From Octopus vulgaris (lineage: Eukaryota), in NCBI GenBank assembly GCA_951406725.2, contig OX597817.1, positions 154,318,001 through 154,382,000 of the forward strand: a stretch of 64,000 bases of DNA, written 5' to 3'. Of this stretch, positions 12,843-26,287 are shown piece by piece; the first letter of the stretch is position 1; the number at the start of each line of letters is the position of its first letter. Made by a program: the position numbers and the translations under genes. The notes beneath the pieces are model-generated. The model was given only the letters and a program-made list of their open reading frames with translations, did not search any database and had not been told where the DNA came from.

Positions 12843-13230
12843 GTGGAAGCGCAATGGCCCAGTGGTTAGGGCAGCGGACTCGCGGTCGTAGGATCGCGGT
12901 TTCGATTCCCAGACCGGGCGTTGTGAGTGTTTATTGAGCGAAAACACCTAAAAGCTCCACGAGGCTCCTGCAGGGATGGTGGCGATCCCTGCTGTACTCT
13001 TTCACCACAGCTTTCTCTCACTCTTACTTCCTGTTTCTGTTGTACCTGTATTTCAAGGGGCCAGCCTTGTCACTCTCTGTGTCACGCTGAATATCCCCGA
13101 GAACTACGTTAAGGGTACACGTGTCTGTGGAGTGCTCAGCCACTTACACGTTAATTTCACGAGCAGACTGTTCCGTTGATTAGGATCAACCGGAACCCTC
13201 GTCGTCGTAACCGACTGAGTGCTTCCATCC
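12843..13230 (+). mobile_element. SINE family A
   Basis: TSD agccaggaaccc. Confidence 0.95.
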
Positions 13231-14408
13231 AGCCAGGAACCCGAATAATTGTTACTTGTTTATTTTCTGCTAGATAATTACCAATTTTTAGGAAGCTATT
13301 CTCATTAGCAACTACGTTACACAAAACAGCGTTGTGATTAGCCTGCATGCACAAGTAATGTAGCACAGTGAACAATACGTTTCAATGAATTTGCCGGTCA
13401 CTACTTTTTGGTTCACGTTTATACCAGGGTAAATATTGAAACTGTTCATCACCTACAGATAAACTCATGTTGTTTCAATAATTTCCAATCCACTCCAGTA
13501 TGGAAATGCTTCTATATCGGCACATATCTGTTCTGTAGTGTGTGAATAATGGTAGGTGTGTCAGGAAATGAATCTTCTGACTACAAGCGGCTCTTTCGTT
13601 TCCATAGAAAAGAAATAGGAAAGGTGGAAAGAAGGAAAAACGGATTATAATAATGTATTGATTTTTAATGGGGGACATGCAACGCTAATGTAAAAGTCGC
13701 CAAAAGTAAAGAAATGAAGTGGTGTGAGAAATGGAATAAACTTAGAAATGAAAAGGGAGGCATGAGATACGAGACAGAGAGAGTGGGGAGATGGAAAGAG
13801 AGAAGGAATGAGGAGGAGGAGAAGAAGAAGGAGAGAGAGAGAGGATGCGTCACAAAGAGAAAAATACCAGTTGAGACAGAGAAAGAAAAAGACAGGTAAA
13901 TATAAGGTCGGTGAATATATAGAATGATAAGTGATACAGAAATAACCAATGAAGCAGAGCGAGATACCATGGTAATAAAAGAGTTGTTAACCGAAATGGA
14001 GCGAAGTAAGTGGGAAGGAAATTTCGGATAAGCTGGGATAGGAAAGACATTTATTACTGTGTTCAGTACGTAGTGTTTGCTTCGTGATGTAAGCATAACA
14101 TAGCTATGGGCGTTGTTTCGTTGTTTACTTATTGTAGCAGGGAATGTACCACACAATAAAAGGAGCAAAATACTCAAGTAGAAGTCGTCGGGGACACGGA
14201 GTAGGAGGAGGTGCTGAGAGTGGAAGTTAAGGTAAGTTGGTAGTTTGTTCTGTTTCTTTTTCGGTTTTTTTTTTTGTTTGTGTTTTTTTTTGTGGGTGTG
14301 TGCATTAGCTTCGATCAATGCGTGGAAATAAAAACAAAATCAATTTTTTCAGTTGTATAAGAAAATGAAAGTGAAGAAGAAAAGAGACGTAACGAAAAAT
14401 ATACCTGA

Positions 14409-14618
<210 letters not shown>

Positions 14619-14959
14619 GAAAGAATAACATGATAAATGGATTAATATATTTGTAATTAATTACAAGAATTGAAAGAGAGAGATGAAAAATATAACCAAT
14701 TAGATTTAAAAAGAGAATTAAGAAAACACATAACTAAAAAGTTCTTGAGTAACAGACAAAGATATATAAGTAGATGAGATAGGATGAAGAAGTGGCAAAG
14801 GGTAGACTGTATTAGTTGTAACAACTCTCTCTCCGTATAGTGACAGTGTTTGTTAAATAGATGAAATAATTCGCTTTCGATTTCCCTCCCTCTCCTTCAA
14901 GTGTGTTGCAGAAGAAAAATATTACAACAGTGTTCAACATACACGTTGCATTCTGCCAC

Positions 14960-14961
<2 letters not shown>

Positions 14962-15031
<70 letters not shown>

Positions 15032-15362
15032 ACTAGCGAAAGATTTTCTGTCAGTTGCCAACAGATTACTCCCACAACAAGTGGTCCTGTGTCTGCTGCT
15101 TCGAGACACACTATCACATCTTAATATAATAGCACGGTGCGCTCACTTATAAGTCTATTAAGATACTATCCAAAACCACATACAGATACGATTCAAGCCC
15201 GCACACAGAAATTATCATGAATCGACGAACACAAAAAATTGTCAACATATGCGATGCGTAGGTGTTGTTTACTGAAACGGCCATCGTTAGTCTAACTGTA
15301 AATTCTGTTCCATGTGTTAGACGGCCAAGCTTTACTACATCATCACCGGCACTAAGGTATGT
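14962..15362 (+). promoter_or_regulatory. Putative promoter and non-coding first exon
   Basis: (CT)n tract, TCAGTT initiator-like motif at 15051, repeat-free sequence ending AAG|GTATGT (donor 15357). Confidence 0.3.
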
Positions 15363-17099
15363 AGACTAAAGCATTTAGTTATTCATTTTCGTTACTAAAT
15401 TTCTTAACGTATTTTATTTCAGTGTTCAGTTTTTTTCACAAACTTTTTCCTTTTACACCTGTAATTATTATCTTTGTTAATATTATTACTTTTCTCTCTT
15501 CCTCTACCTTTTTTTCTGACTTTAGATATCAAGTTAAACTCTATCTCATACCCCTCGGGTATCCCTGTAAAAATGTGTGGTCTTGTCCTAATATAGAAAA
15601 AAATATACCACGGACGATGAGTGACTAAATTAGTAGAATACTGAATTTTTAAAAATATGCCCTACAGAATTTTTCGTTCAGTGTCCAAATGCCGCTATTA
15701 TCGACTTTGCTTTTTAATCTTCTTGGGGTGATAAAACAAAGTACCAGCTAGGCACTAGGATTGATATAACCGAGTAATTCCCTTTCTTGTCCTAATGTAC
15801 AAAAAGGTATGAAGTTGGTCGATGTCAAAGTTAGCAAAATGTTGTATACTAAAGATGCCCTGCAGAATTTATATCTGCTTACATTCTAAGTACAGATGCT
15901 ATTGATGTTGACTTCATATTTTATCCTTATGAAGACAATAAATTGAAGAAAATAAAGAACCAGTCAATTACTCGAGTCCATTTCATCAATTTATTACTTC
16001 CACCCAGTAAAATTTGTTGTCCTGTGGCAGTGTAAGAAAATATAAAGAATGATGGTTGACAAAATCAGTAAAGTAAAGCCCTTCATGTCCCAGTGAGTAA
16101 ACTTTATCTTCTGTCCTTTAAAAAACTATAAAATAAGTCTCGGTTAAGTATTTTGATAGGTTTAGAGAGAAGGGGGTGTGATTCTCTTCCAAAATTCATG
16201 GTCTAAAGCATTTATGTACAAAACCGATGTTGTTGTTGTTTAGCTTCAAGTCAATTCTGAACCATCCGACCTATAAACAAAGGTATCCTAGCTAAACCAT
16301 GGTCCTTTCATCTCTCTATATTGAACTACATTAACCAGTGTGCCTTTCCTTTCTCTTCCACGCCTGGCGGTGAAACTAGGGGATGGGATAATGCTATGAG
16401 GGCAGTGGATTGGTGTAGCTGTTGGTGCGTCGAACAAACTACCTTGCTATATATGTTCCAACTGTTTACGTTCCAAGTTCAAAATCCTACCGATTTGTTT
16501 GCTTTAATATACCGTTTTTTTTTTAACCCCTTTCTTAGTTCTTAAAATAAAATACTGGTCAAGTCCTTGCATCTACAGAATCGATTCTCCACTCCCACAA
16601 AATTTTTGGCCTTGTAGCTGTGTAAAAACATCGATATTATCAGGTACAGAGCTGCTATTTCTAGCAGACCGATAGACTATATGGAGTGCCCACCCTAAGT
16701 ATTTCGATGACAGAATCGGTAGGGAACGGGATTTTTAAAATATCCTTGTTTTATTTTCCGTATTATTTCATGCTCTTTACATCTCTCCTTACAATTTCAT
16801 ACTAGTTGGGTCAGTACAAACAAAATACCAGTTACACACGTAGGTCCATTCAAACAAACATTTCCAGAAAACGCAGCAGTGTGCGTGTGACGAAAATTAT
16901 CACTAATTGTTTTAACGATAATGATTGGCATAAACGTTATAAACATAGAATAGAATAATTTGCTTTATTTATCTGTTTAGTTCATTTAAGTTATGACTTC
17001 AAATTCCACGGAAATCCACTGACGTTTTTCACATCTCCGGCATGTATAAAAATACGTATTATTTATGTGTCTCTACGATTTTAGTTGTGCATGCGTGTG

Positions 17100-17844
<745 letters not shown>

Positions 17845-17846
<2 letters not shown>

Positions 17847-18259
17847 TCAGTACTCTTTTACTTGTTTCAGTCATTTGACTGCGGCCATGCTGGAGCACCG
17901 CCTTTAGTCGAGCAAATCGACCCCGGGACTTATTCTTTGTAAGCCCAGTACTTATTCTATCGGTCGCTTTTACCGAACCGCTAAGTGACGGGGATGTAAA
18001 CACACCAGCATCGGTTGTCAAGCAATGCTAGGGGGACAAACACAGACACACAAACACATACACACACATACATATATATATATATACATATATACGACAG
18101 GCTTCTTTCAGTTTCCGTCTACCAAATCCACTCACAAGGCATTGGTCGGCCCGGGGCTATAGCAGAAGACACTTGCCCAAGATGCCACGCAGTGGGACTG
18201 AACCCGGAACCATGTGGTTGGTTAGCAAGCTACTTACCACACAGCCACTCCTGCGCCTA
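17845..18259 (-). mobile_element. SINE family B (tRNA head, CORE-like segment, internal microsatellite, (AGTAAAAG)-type tail)
   Basis: Head ggcgcaggagtggctgtgtggtaag...gggttcagtccc followed by cttgggcaagtgtctt. Confidence 0.95.
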
Positions 18260-18301
18260 TATATATATATATATACATGTGTATGTGAGTGCGCGCGCGA
18301 C

Positions 18302-18353
<52 letters not shown>

Positions 18354-18435
18354 GAGTGTGTGTATGTACATATATATGTATGTTTTTTTTGTTTTTTTTC
18401 TCTCCTTGTTTCTTTCCGTGTTTCTTTTCTGCGTA

Positions 18436-18473
18436 TCTTTCTGTTGAAGAGCGTAGGCTCGAAACGTAAAAGA
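18436..18473 (+). ncRNA. Minimal hammerhead variant (A6U, extra A after A9) in a (TA)n-flanked element spanning ~18350-18572
   Basis: tcttt-CTGTTGA-a-gagc(gtag)gctc-GAAA-cg-TA-aaaga; palindromic ACGT stem III. Confidence 0.7.
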
Positions 18474-18706
18474 CTTGTTTTATTTATATTCCTGAGCGCC
18501 ATACTAATACAATTGTTTTTTTTATATTCCACCTGCCTTCGTCTTTTGTTTATTTTCATAAAGCTTCCCGTTATATATATATATATATATAGGTGTGTAT
18601 ATACACACACATGTATGTTTATTAATTTGCTGCATTACGAGTTTTGTTCCGGGAAATCGTGAGTGCGACATCCTAACCACTAGATTATGCACCTTCACTA
18701 TGTATA

Positions 18707-18734
18707 TAGGGTGCGATGGGTAAATTGTCGCAAG

Positions 18735-18765
<31 letters not shown>

Positions 18766-19584
18766 CTTTCGCGCATGCGCATTCTTTGTTTTCGATTTTG
18801 TCAGCTACACAGTATAGTAGGGTCAGCTGGACACCGCCTGTGAGAAAAGCAGCACCATGGCGCAATTCATTATGCCAGAAATTTTGAAACGACATGTTGT
18901 AATGCTTGGCATTCGCGCCAGACACTCCAATATGAACATTTCAGAGTGTCTGAGTCTCAACCTGAGGACATGTAGCGAGAGTCATAAAAATCGAATATCC
19001 AGTCAACATCATGGTGTTTGGAGTGATCACTAGTGATGGCGACGTTATGCTTCCATTTATCTTCCCACACGGCCTTACAATCAACACGGAGGTCTACATC
19101 AAGTAGTACTGCCCTGGGCCAAGGGGGTGACTGCTGGAAGACACTATATCTGGCAACAAGACTCTGCACAATGTCACACAAACACAACTCAGTCATGGCT
19201 GTTAAACAATTTCTGCGACCATATCACCCCTAACATCTGGCCAGCTAACTACCCACACTGCAAACCCTTTGCTTAACATGTGTGGGGCGCAGTTGTGCGA
19301 GAGACCACCAAAACTCCTTGTAACACCAAAGATAAACTGAAGGCAAGGATTATGGCAGTATTTACTAACTTAATTAAGGAGACCACCCAGAAGACTCGCA
19401 GGAGATTCTGAAGTCATCTGGAGGCCGTAGTTGGTGCCAATGGCGATTTTATTGAATAAATTTACTCTTCGGTATTTCAAGATATTTTTATGTAATTTTC
19501 CTAATTATATATCTATTGAAATGAGATGTCTGTTTTATTTTCCTTTTAACGTAATTTAGACGACAGTTTACACATCGCACCCTG
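18707..19584 (+). mobile_element. Tc1/mariner (maT-like) transposon, internally deleted pseudogene
   Basis: TIRs agggtgcgatgggtaaattgtcg / cgacagtttacacatcgcaccctg; translation NIMVFGVITSDGDVM...GLTINTEVYIK, WQQDSA, NIWPAN. Confidence 0.9.
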
Positions 19585-19587
19585 CAT

Positions 19588-19639
<52 letters not shown>

Positions 19640-19837
19640 GTTTAAATATTTGTTGTGCAATATTTTTTATGTGAAGTCGTGTGTATTTAGGTATTGGCTT
19701 AACTGGCAAAATGACCATTCCTAAATACAACAATATATATATGTATATATATATATATTAATATATATATATTAATTTACTCTGCTATGTATTGAGTCCC
19801 TTATTTACTGTGGTTAACCCCGACTCAACCCGGAACC

Positions 19838-19898
<61 letters not shown>

Positions 19899-19913
19899 AT
19901 TATTTATAGAGGT

Positions 19914-20305
19914 ATTTATATATAAATATAAGAGAGTGACCACTATGTGGTTAACTCTAGTGCTTAAAATAGCTCCATTACTGGTATAGCCACAAAAAAA
20001 GAGATGTTTCCAAGAAGAAATAACATTACATTTAACGTAAGGAAAGTGAAATATAACGAAAAAATAGAAAATCTATTTTTTCGTTATATTTCACTTTCCT
20101 TACGTTAAATGTAATGTTATTTCTTCTTGGAAACATCTCTTTTTTTGTGGCTATACCAGTAATGGAGCTATTTTTAGCACTAGAGTTAACCACATAGTGG
20201 TCACTCTCTTATATTTATGTATAAATTTGTATTGTCTCCCTGGTTTTTATGTTTTTATGGTATTATTAAATTAATATCAAATTTTTCACCCTCATTTATA
20301 AATAG
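19914..20305. repeat. Near-perfect 155-bp-arm fold-back in (TA)n with a unique 3' extension
   Basis: Arms 19914-20068 and 20072-20226, 3-nt loop. Confidence 0.95.
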
Positions 20306-20418
20306 ATGTATTTATATATATATATTGATATATGTATATTTATATATGTATTGATATATATGTATATTTATATATGTATTAACATACATATATATTTATA
20401 TATATATTTATATATGTA

Positions 20419-20512
<94 letters not shown>

Positions 20513-20749
20513 GATATAAATATATATATGGTGTTGCTACATAATTTTACTTCACTAATTCTTTTTATAAATTGACGTTCACTGCATGAGGGAGTATATA
20601 TATATATATTTAGATATATAAATTTTTGCATATATTTATATATCTATATTTATATATATCTATATATTTGTATGTGTATATATATATATTTAAATTTTTG
20701 TATTTATTTATACATATATTTTATATATACATATATATATATAAATATA

Positions 20750-20848
<99 letters not shown>

Positions 20849-20849
20849 T

Positions 20850-21047
20850 TAACGGGTAGACACTGCATAGTGCCAAAGCTCCCAAAAATGCCATTGCGCT
20901 TCAGGACCTGTTACTGCAACAGTCTGGGTTTCAGAGGCTTACAGCTTTTTAATGTTCTCCCAAAGAGCCTGAGGAACCTGTACAAAATGGATGTAGGCGT
21001 TTTTAAATCAAGGCTGGACCTCTTCCTGTCGAGATTCCCAGATGACA
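20850..21047 (+). mobile_element. CR1-group LINE ORF2 C-terminal fragment
   Basis: GRHCIVPK...[20 protein letters not shown]...[14 protein letters not shown]. Confidence 0.8.
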
Positions 21048-21496
21048 CTGAAACATACATAATAAAACTGAAATACCTATTATATATTATATACAATCTT
21101 TAAGTATTTCAATGAGGGCTGCTTGTTAAAATCATTACAACTATATAAAATCATTACAATTTGCTACGTCTCTGTCTGTAAGGAGTCTAAACACCACCGG
21201 AGTTACCTCCGTTTTCATCCTTTCTAATGTCAATAAAATATAGAGCGGTAGAATTGTTGGAGGACAAGACAAGGAGCTTATTTAGTATTTCTTCTGGTTC
21301 TTTTATGTTCTGAATTCACCAACGAAGATATTGCTAACAAGCCACCTCTATACTTGGATAATATGGCTATCGCAAAGCGTGAAGAATTATTTCATGGGCA
21401 ATTGCTGAACGTACATAACTTCATCTTGATCATGCCAGCGCCCTACAGAAGATATTTCAAGATACAGTTACGTGATGAACTCTGTGAGACGGTGGT

Positions 21497-21912
21497 CTTC
21501 ATCATTCATCATTGTTCGACCGTGGTCGAGACAATGGAATTTACTATGCTACGCCAGACTTCACGGTCCATCATGGCATTACGGAGGTCCTGTTGCTGGA
21601 TGCCTGTATCCCTGGAGATTACATCAGGGTAGGAGAGTGTGCGCCATCTGGTATTGCGAGTAGATGGCTTCCAGAGGAGAAGAGTAGAAATTACTTCTTT
21701 TTCAGCTCTACAACAATGTCCAGCAAACTGGACTCTCCTACCTTTCACAAGAGATGACACAGGTGGTAATTTCCCATATATTTGCATTTTGGTTGGATGG
21801 CGCCTCCACGAGAGATTTTGAGCTCTCATAAGGAGGCGAGTGTAGGTTTCATCGAACCGCCTCTCAACCTTCTTTGATAGCGTCCAGGTTTCTGAGCCAT
21901 ATTGTAGAATGG
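21497..21912 (-). mobile_element. RTE-clade LINE 3' fragment
   Basis: ILQYGSETWTL...RRVQFAGHCCR...AMMDREVWRSIV; (TGA)n-like tail. Confidence 0.88.
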
Positions 21913-21970
21913 TGGTCTTATATGTGAGTGTAGAACGGTGGTCTTATATGTAAGTGTGTGTGTGTGTGTG

Positions 21971-22053
<83 letters not shown>

Positions 22054-22489
22054 CGTAACATCCAAGGATCTTAGTCTAGAAAGTGCGCAGGCTTCGAACA
22101 GTTCGTGGTAAGTATAAAAAAACAACGTTAAGGAACAACAATAATTCATTGACGTCGAAGGTTGAAGGCTTTTCCCATATCGAAGTTCGATAAGCTGGAA
22201 AATAATTTTTTTCATAGCCACTGTTAGCAACTTCAGTTGCTATGAATGCGAATAAAAATTCACATTGGGGGAGAGGAGCAGGTAAAATTTAGCCTACATA
22301 GTTAGCAGATCCTCTAATTACTCAACGAGCGGAACTTAGCTAACTACTTATCAGAGCGAGGACACCTTAACGATACTGTCGTTAAGGAGTCCAAAGTTAA
22401 TTCGGCCTAATGAGTAACTGACTGTGTACCCCTCATGAGTGACTATTACACCAGAGGATGTGCTGAATTTTACTTGCTCCACTCCCTCA

Positions 22490-22524
<35 letters not shown>

Positions 22525-22527
<3 letters not shown>

Positions 22528-22842
22528 TATCTCTTATGATCTCTTATGATAATCTTATGATAAAAGGCAGATTTTCTCTGCCTCCCAAATCGTTCGTTTT
22601 TTATACAATTGTACAATATAGAATTTCTTCAATTGGAATTTACCTATGATTTTTCCAAGTAGATTCCATTGGGTCATGGCATGTAAAGTTTTTTCAATTT
22701 GACCCCCAATTAAGCAAAAATTCGAGAAAACTCAATATTTTACGATTTGCCTCTCTCATTTCAAGTGCTTCACTCCTTCCATTACCACTACACTTTCTCC
22801 TCCTTTCTCTTTGCAAGTGTGCAACAATTAAAGTGAAAATAT
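22525..22842 (+). mobile_element. Possible Helitron 5' end
   Basis: Follows (TA)n with reiterated TCTTATGAT and then AAAAG, like Helitron 5' termini; lies upstream of the helicase relic. Confidence 0.35.
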
Positions 22843-23611
22843 TTATATAACAGGGATGAGCCATTAATACTGGTCATCCTTTTTGCTAGAGGAAGATCCG
22901 CTATGGTCTTATATGCTACACCACTGGTTTTCAATTCATATTAATCAAATTAATATTCAATTTTTCACCCCTATTATGTGTGTGTGTGTGTGTGTGTATT
23001 AGCAATTCGTATAAAATTGCATCAATGACTTGAACTTGAATAAGTGGTTTCACATAAATGGGGATAAATTAAAAAGGTTTGTTGTTATTATCATTACTGT
23101 TTGACTATTGTAATCACGTTTGTTGGTTCCTCGTCAGGGAAACGTTGTTGTGTTGCATTTGTTAAATAATTGTAAACCGTAACCCTCCCCCTTTCGGAGA
23201 AGGGGCTTTGGTTATTGAATTGTGTCCCTGTTTGGGGAAATTGACAATATTTTCACCGTCTTTACGGAAGCATTTTTGTTAAAATGCCTTCGATAGAAGA
23301 AAGTACAAAAATGAATTTCGCTGCAGCCGTACACTTCTATACAAGAGGGAGGACAAGATCCAATTGATCGAAATTGCAAGAGACGGGCCTACAATTCCAG
23401 TCTGTTATATATTTTGAGTATTGTTATCACTAGCGATATTAAGATATAACTTTGTATTTTGTATTTTATGTGTAGATGTATATATATATAGATGTACATG
23501 TAATATGTACACATATATATATACACATATATACATGCATAATATATCTACCCATACACACACACACACACACACACATACATAGGGGCAGGTGTGGCTG
23601 TGTGGTAACAA

Positions 23612-24931
23612 ACTACGTTCGAAGATACTGTACTTGATATGGGCGGTAGTGCCTTGCCGGTCTATGGCCTACCTTCAACAAACCGGGAAGGCACAAACAC
23701 TCTGTCTTCATATTTGCTGCGTGAGACATGTTTTAGTGTTGACGAGCTTGCCGAGTACATAGCCGACAATGAGCCAAAGCTCCTTCCAGAACAGAAGTTC
23801 GCTTACAACTCCGTTGTTAATTCAGTCCGGGCCAAAGCTGGGGGGATTTTTTTCCTGGACGTTCCTGGGGGCACTGGGAAAACTTTTGTCAACAAATTAA
23901 TATTGGCTGAGATTAGGCGAACACAAGGCATTGCCCTAGCTGTGGCATCATCTGGAATTGCGGCTACTTTGTTGCCAGGCGGCAGGACAGCTCACTCCAC
24001 TTTCAAGCTTCCGCTTGACTTAGCGAAGACTGAGACACCAACTTGCAACATCAGTAACAGCTCCGATCAGGCAGAAGTCTTCAGACGATGCAAGCTTATC
24101 GTTTGGGATGAATGCACGATGGCCCACAGAGGTGCTCTTGAGGCACTAGATAGATCTCTCAGAGACATCAAACACTCTTCAGCTCTCATGGGAGGCATAA
24201 CACTTCTTCTTTCAGGGGACTTCCGACAAACACTTCCCGTTATTCCCAAAGGGACTAGAGCTGATGCAGTAAGTGCGTGTCTTAAGTCATGCACATTGTG
24301 GCCACTGGTGAAGACTCTCAAACTTCACACCAATATGCGTGCTCATAGGCGACGTAATATCACATCAGCAGCATTTTCTCACACCCTCCTTGGACTTAGC
24401 GAAGGCAAAATACCAGGGGATGAAAATGGTAATATTGCCATCGATTCCATTTGTACCATTGTTAAAACGCCTTCTGATCTCAGAGATGCAATGTTCCCAG
24501 ATCTACAAGCTAATTATCAGAATATGGATTGGATTGGCCAAAGGGCTATTCTGGCCCCGAGGAATAAAACTGTTCACCATATTAATGATGAAATGCTAAA
24601 ACTCATTCCTGGGGATGTCTATGTATATAGGTCTATCGATACAACTCCTAACCCAGAGGACGTCATCAACTATCCAATAGAGGTACTCAATTCCTTGAGC
24701 CCCCAGGACTACCACCACACATTCACAAACTTAAAGTTGGTGCCCCTATAATGCTCATTAGAAATTTGGTTCCCCCAAAACAATGCAAAGGCACACGTTT
24801 GATCGTTAAGTCCTTATCTCCCACCGTAAACTTATATCAATATTTGCCTGAATAATCATCATAATTCAGTGCAATCATTAACAGTACTTTCAAGCAATTC
24901 AGCCCCGAGCATCGCCGGGCAATTCTGCTAG
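23612..24931 (+). mobile_element. Helitron 3' remnant
   Basis: Helicase ORF, then hairpin cccg-agcatcg-ccggg and terminal CTAG followed by T. Confidence 0.92.
23639..24825 (+). pseudogene. Helitron Rep/Hel PIF1-family helicase domain; frameshifted near 24700, C-terminus deleted
   Basis: Walker A GGTGKT, VASSGIAATLL, GRTAHSTFKLP, IVWDE, GDFRQTLPV, RAILAP; shifted frame continues GLPPH..LKVGAPIMLIRNL..CKGTRL. Confidence 0.93.
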
Positions 24932-24934
24932 TAT

Positions 24935-25493
24935 ATGAATGAATAAATGAATGGAGTTGAACGAAGATGTTAACAAAATTCCTTTACTCTCGACATATGT
25001 TTCGAAGACAACATGATTTCATTCCAAAGGAATAAACGGTGCAAGATGCAATCTTCTCATCAGGAAAGAAAGGGAGCCTCTCTCAACAACAAGACAAAAC
25101 AAAAACATGGTAAACAAAACGATAATAAGTGTTTTAAAAAATCCGTTAGTAGAATTGATGTCAAAGTTAGATAGTAGGGAGAGAAGGGTTAAAGGAATAA
25201 TAGGTAGGGAACAAGTGGAGAGGGAAGGGTACGTTGATTAAAAGAATGTTCAAAGGCTTAAGAAAGTATTTCGCTTTTGAAGTGGAGTGCACGTTAAGCT
25301 AATTGTTCAAACCACAATGATTATCGTAATCATTTATATGAGTAAAAAGTATGTTTCTGCCAGTGTTTACATTTGTACAATTTCTCTAAGAGTGTGTTTA
25401 CAAGGGGAACCTTAGAGAAGAGAATATGGAAGAGTTCGGAGTTGCAAATGTTACAAAATCTCCTGCCCTTATCAAAAGGAAAGGATACAGATA

Positions 25494-25495
<2 letters not shown>
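24935..25495 (-). mobile_element. Penelope-like (Naiad-type) 3' end with hammerhead-bearing terminal region
   Basis: ILSVSFPFDKGRRFCNICNSELFHIL...YKCKHWQKHTF stop at 25330, homologous to the end of the 8975-9169 ORF. Confidence 0.8.
24987..25068 (-). ncRNA. Type-I hammerhead ribozyme with long stem II
   Basis: ctttc-CTGATGA-gaaga...tcttc-GAAAC-atat-GTC-gagag; palindromic acatatgt stem III. Confidence 0.85.
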
Positions 25496-25529
<34 letters not shown>

Positions 25530-25533
<4 letters not shown>

Positions 25534-25927
25534 AAATATTAGGGAATAAATCCAAACTTTCAGGAAAAATTCAGATTTAGGATTGAATCCAATTTTATAG
25601 TAAAATATTATATTATATTAAATTAGAGATAAAACTACTATTAGGCAAATCATACAATGAAAAACTTAAGCCAATACATAAGATTAATTAATTTATATTA
25701 TTTAAATATATATCAAAATTATTAAAAAAGATAATTAGTATAACACTACGATTGTTTCATGGCTGTCCAATTCTTAAAATTTCGAGTTACAGTCATTCTT
25801 CAGGTGTTATACTAATTATCTTTTTTAATAATTTTGATATATATTTAAATAATATAAATTAATTAATCTTATGTATTGGCTTAAGTTTTTCATTGTATGA
25901 CTTGCCTAATAGTGGTTTTATCTCTAA

Positions 25928-25936
<9 letters not shown>
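25530..25936 (-). mobile_element. Fold-back element in (TA)n with hammerhead core as the loop
   Basis: Arms 25614-25746 and 25804-25936 (133 bp, 2 mismatches seen). Confidence 0.9.
25739..25811 (-). ncRNA. Type-I hammerhead ribozyme
   Basis: tataacac-CTGAAGA-atgactgt...acagccat-GAAAC-aatc-GTA-gtgttata. Confidence 0.85.
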
Positions 25937-25981
<45 letters not shown>

Positions 25982-25986
<5 letters not shown>

Positions 25987-26285
25987 TGCAGCGTGGAAGG
26001 TGTTTATAAGCCATTTAAGAAACACACAAAAGCCGTTCGATTCACTTCAACATTTAAGTTTAGTTTGTCAAAATATTTTCGTCGCTAAAATCCGGACTTT
26101 GTCAGTGAACAGGTCGCGGATTTTAGCGACGAAAATATTTTGACAAATTAAACTTAAATGTTGAAGTGAATCGAACGGCTTTTGTGTGTTTCTTAAATGG
26201 CTTATAAACACCTTCCACGCTGCAATTGTTTTCGTTTCAGCACACGATCTCAGATCAAATTACTTGCTATGCGAGTACATCTCCG

Positions 26286-26287
<2 letters not shown>
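25982..26287 (+). mobile_element. Fold-back element in (TA)n with variant hammerhead
   Basis: Arms 25982-26094 and 26117-26229 (113 bp) plus a unique 3' tail. Confidence 0.9.
26098..26147 (+). ncRNA. Hammerhead ribozyme variant with G3:C8 core
   Basis: tttgtca-GTGAACA-g-gtcgc(ggatttta)gcgac-GAAA-atat-TT-tgacaaa. Confidence 0.65.

Noticed and set aside
12480-13660. Possible degraded Gypsy RT/RNase H on the minus strand
   Set aside because: Only vague resemblance (LFTHY...); no motif secure enough to call
23639-24751. Host PIF1 helicase gene
   Set aside because: Intronless, frameshifted, truncated and followed by a Helitron hairpin-CTAG terminus
25755-25796. SECIS-like pattern AUGA-N10-AA-N22-GA on the minus strand
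   Set aside because: The helix next to the putative GA quartet does not pair; the sequence is explained as hammerhead stem II
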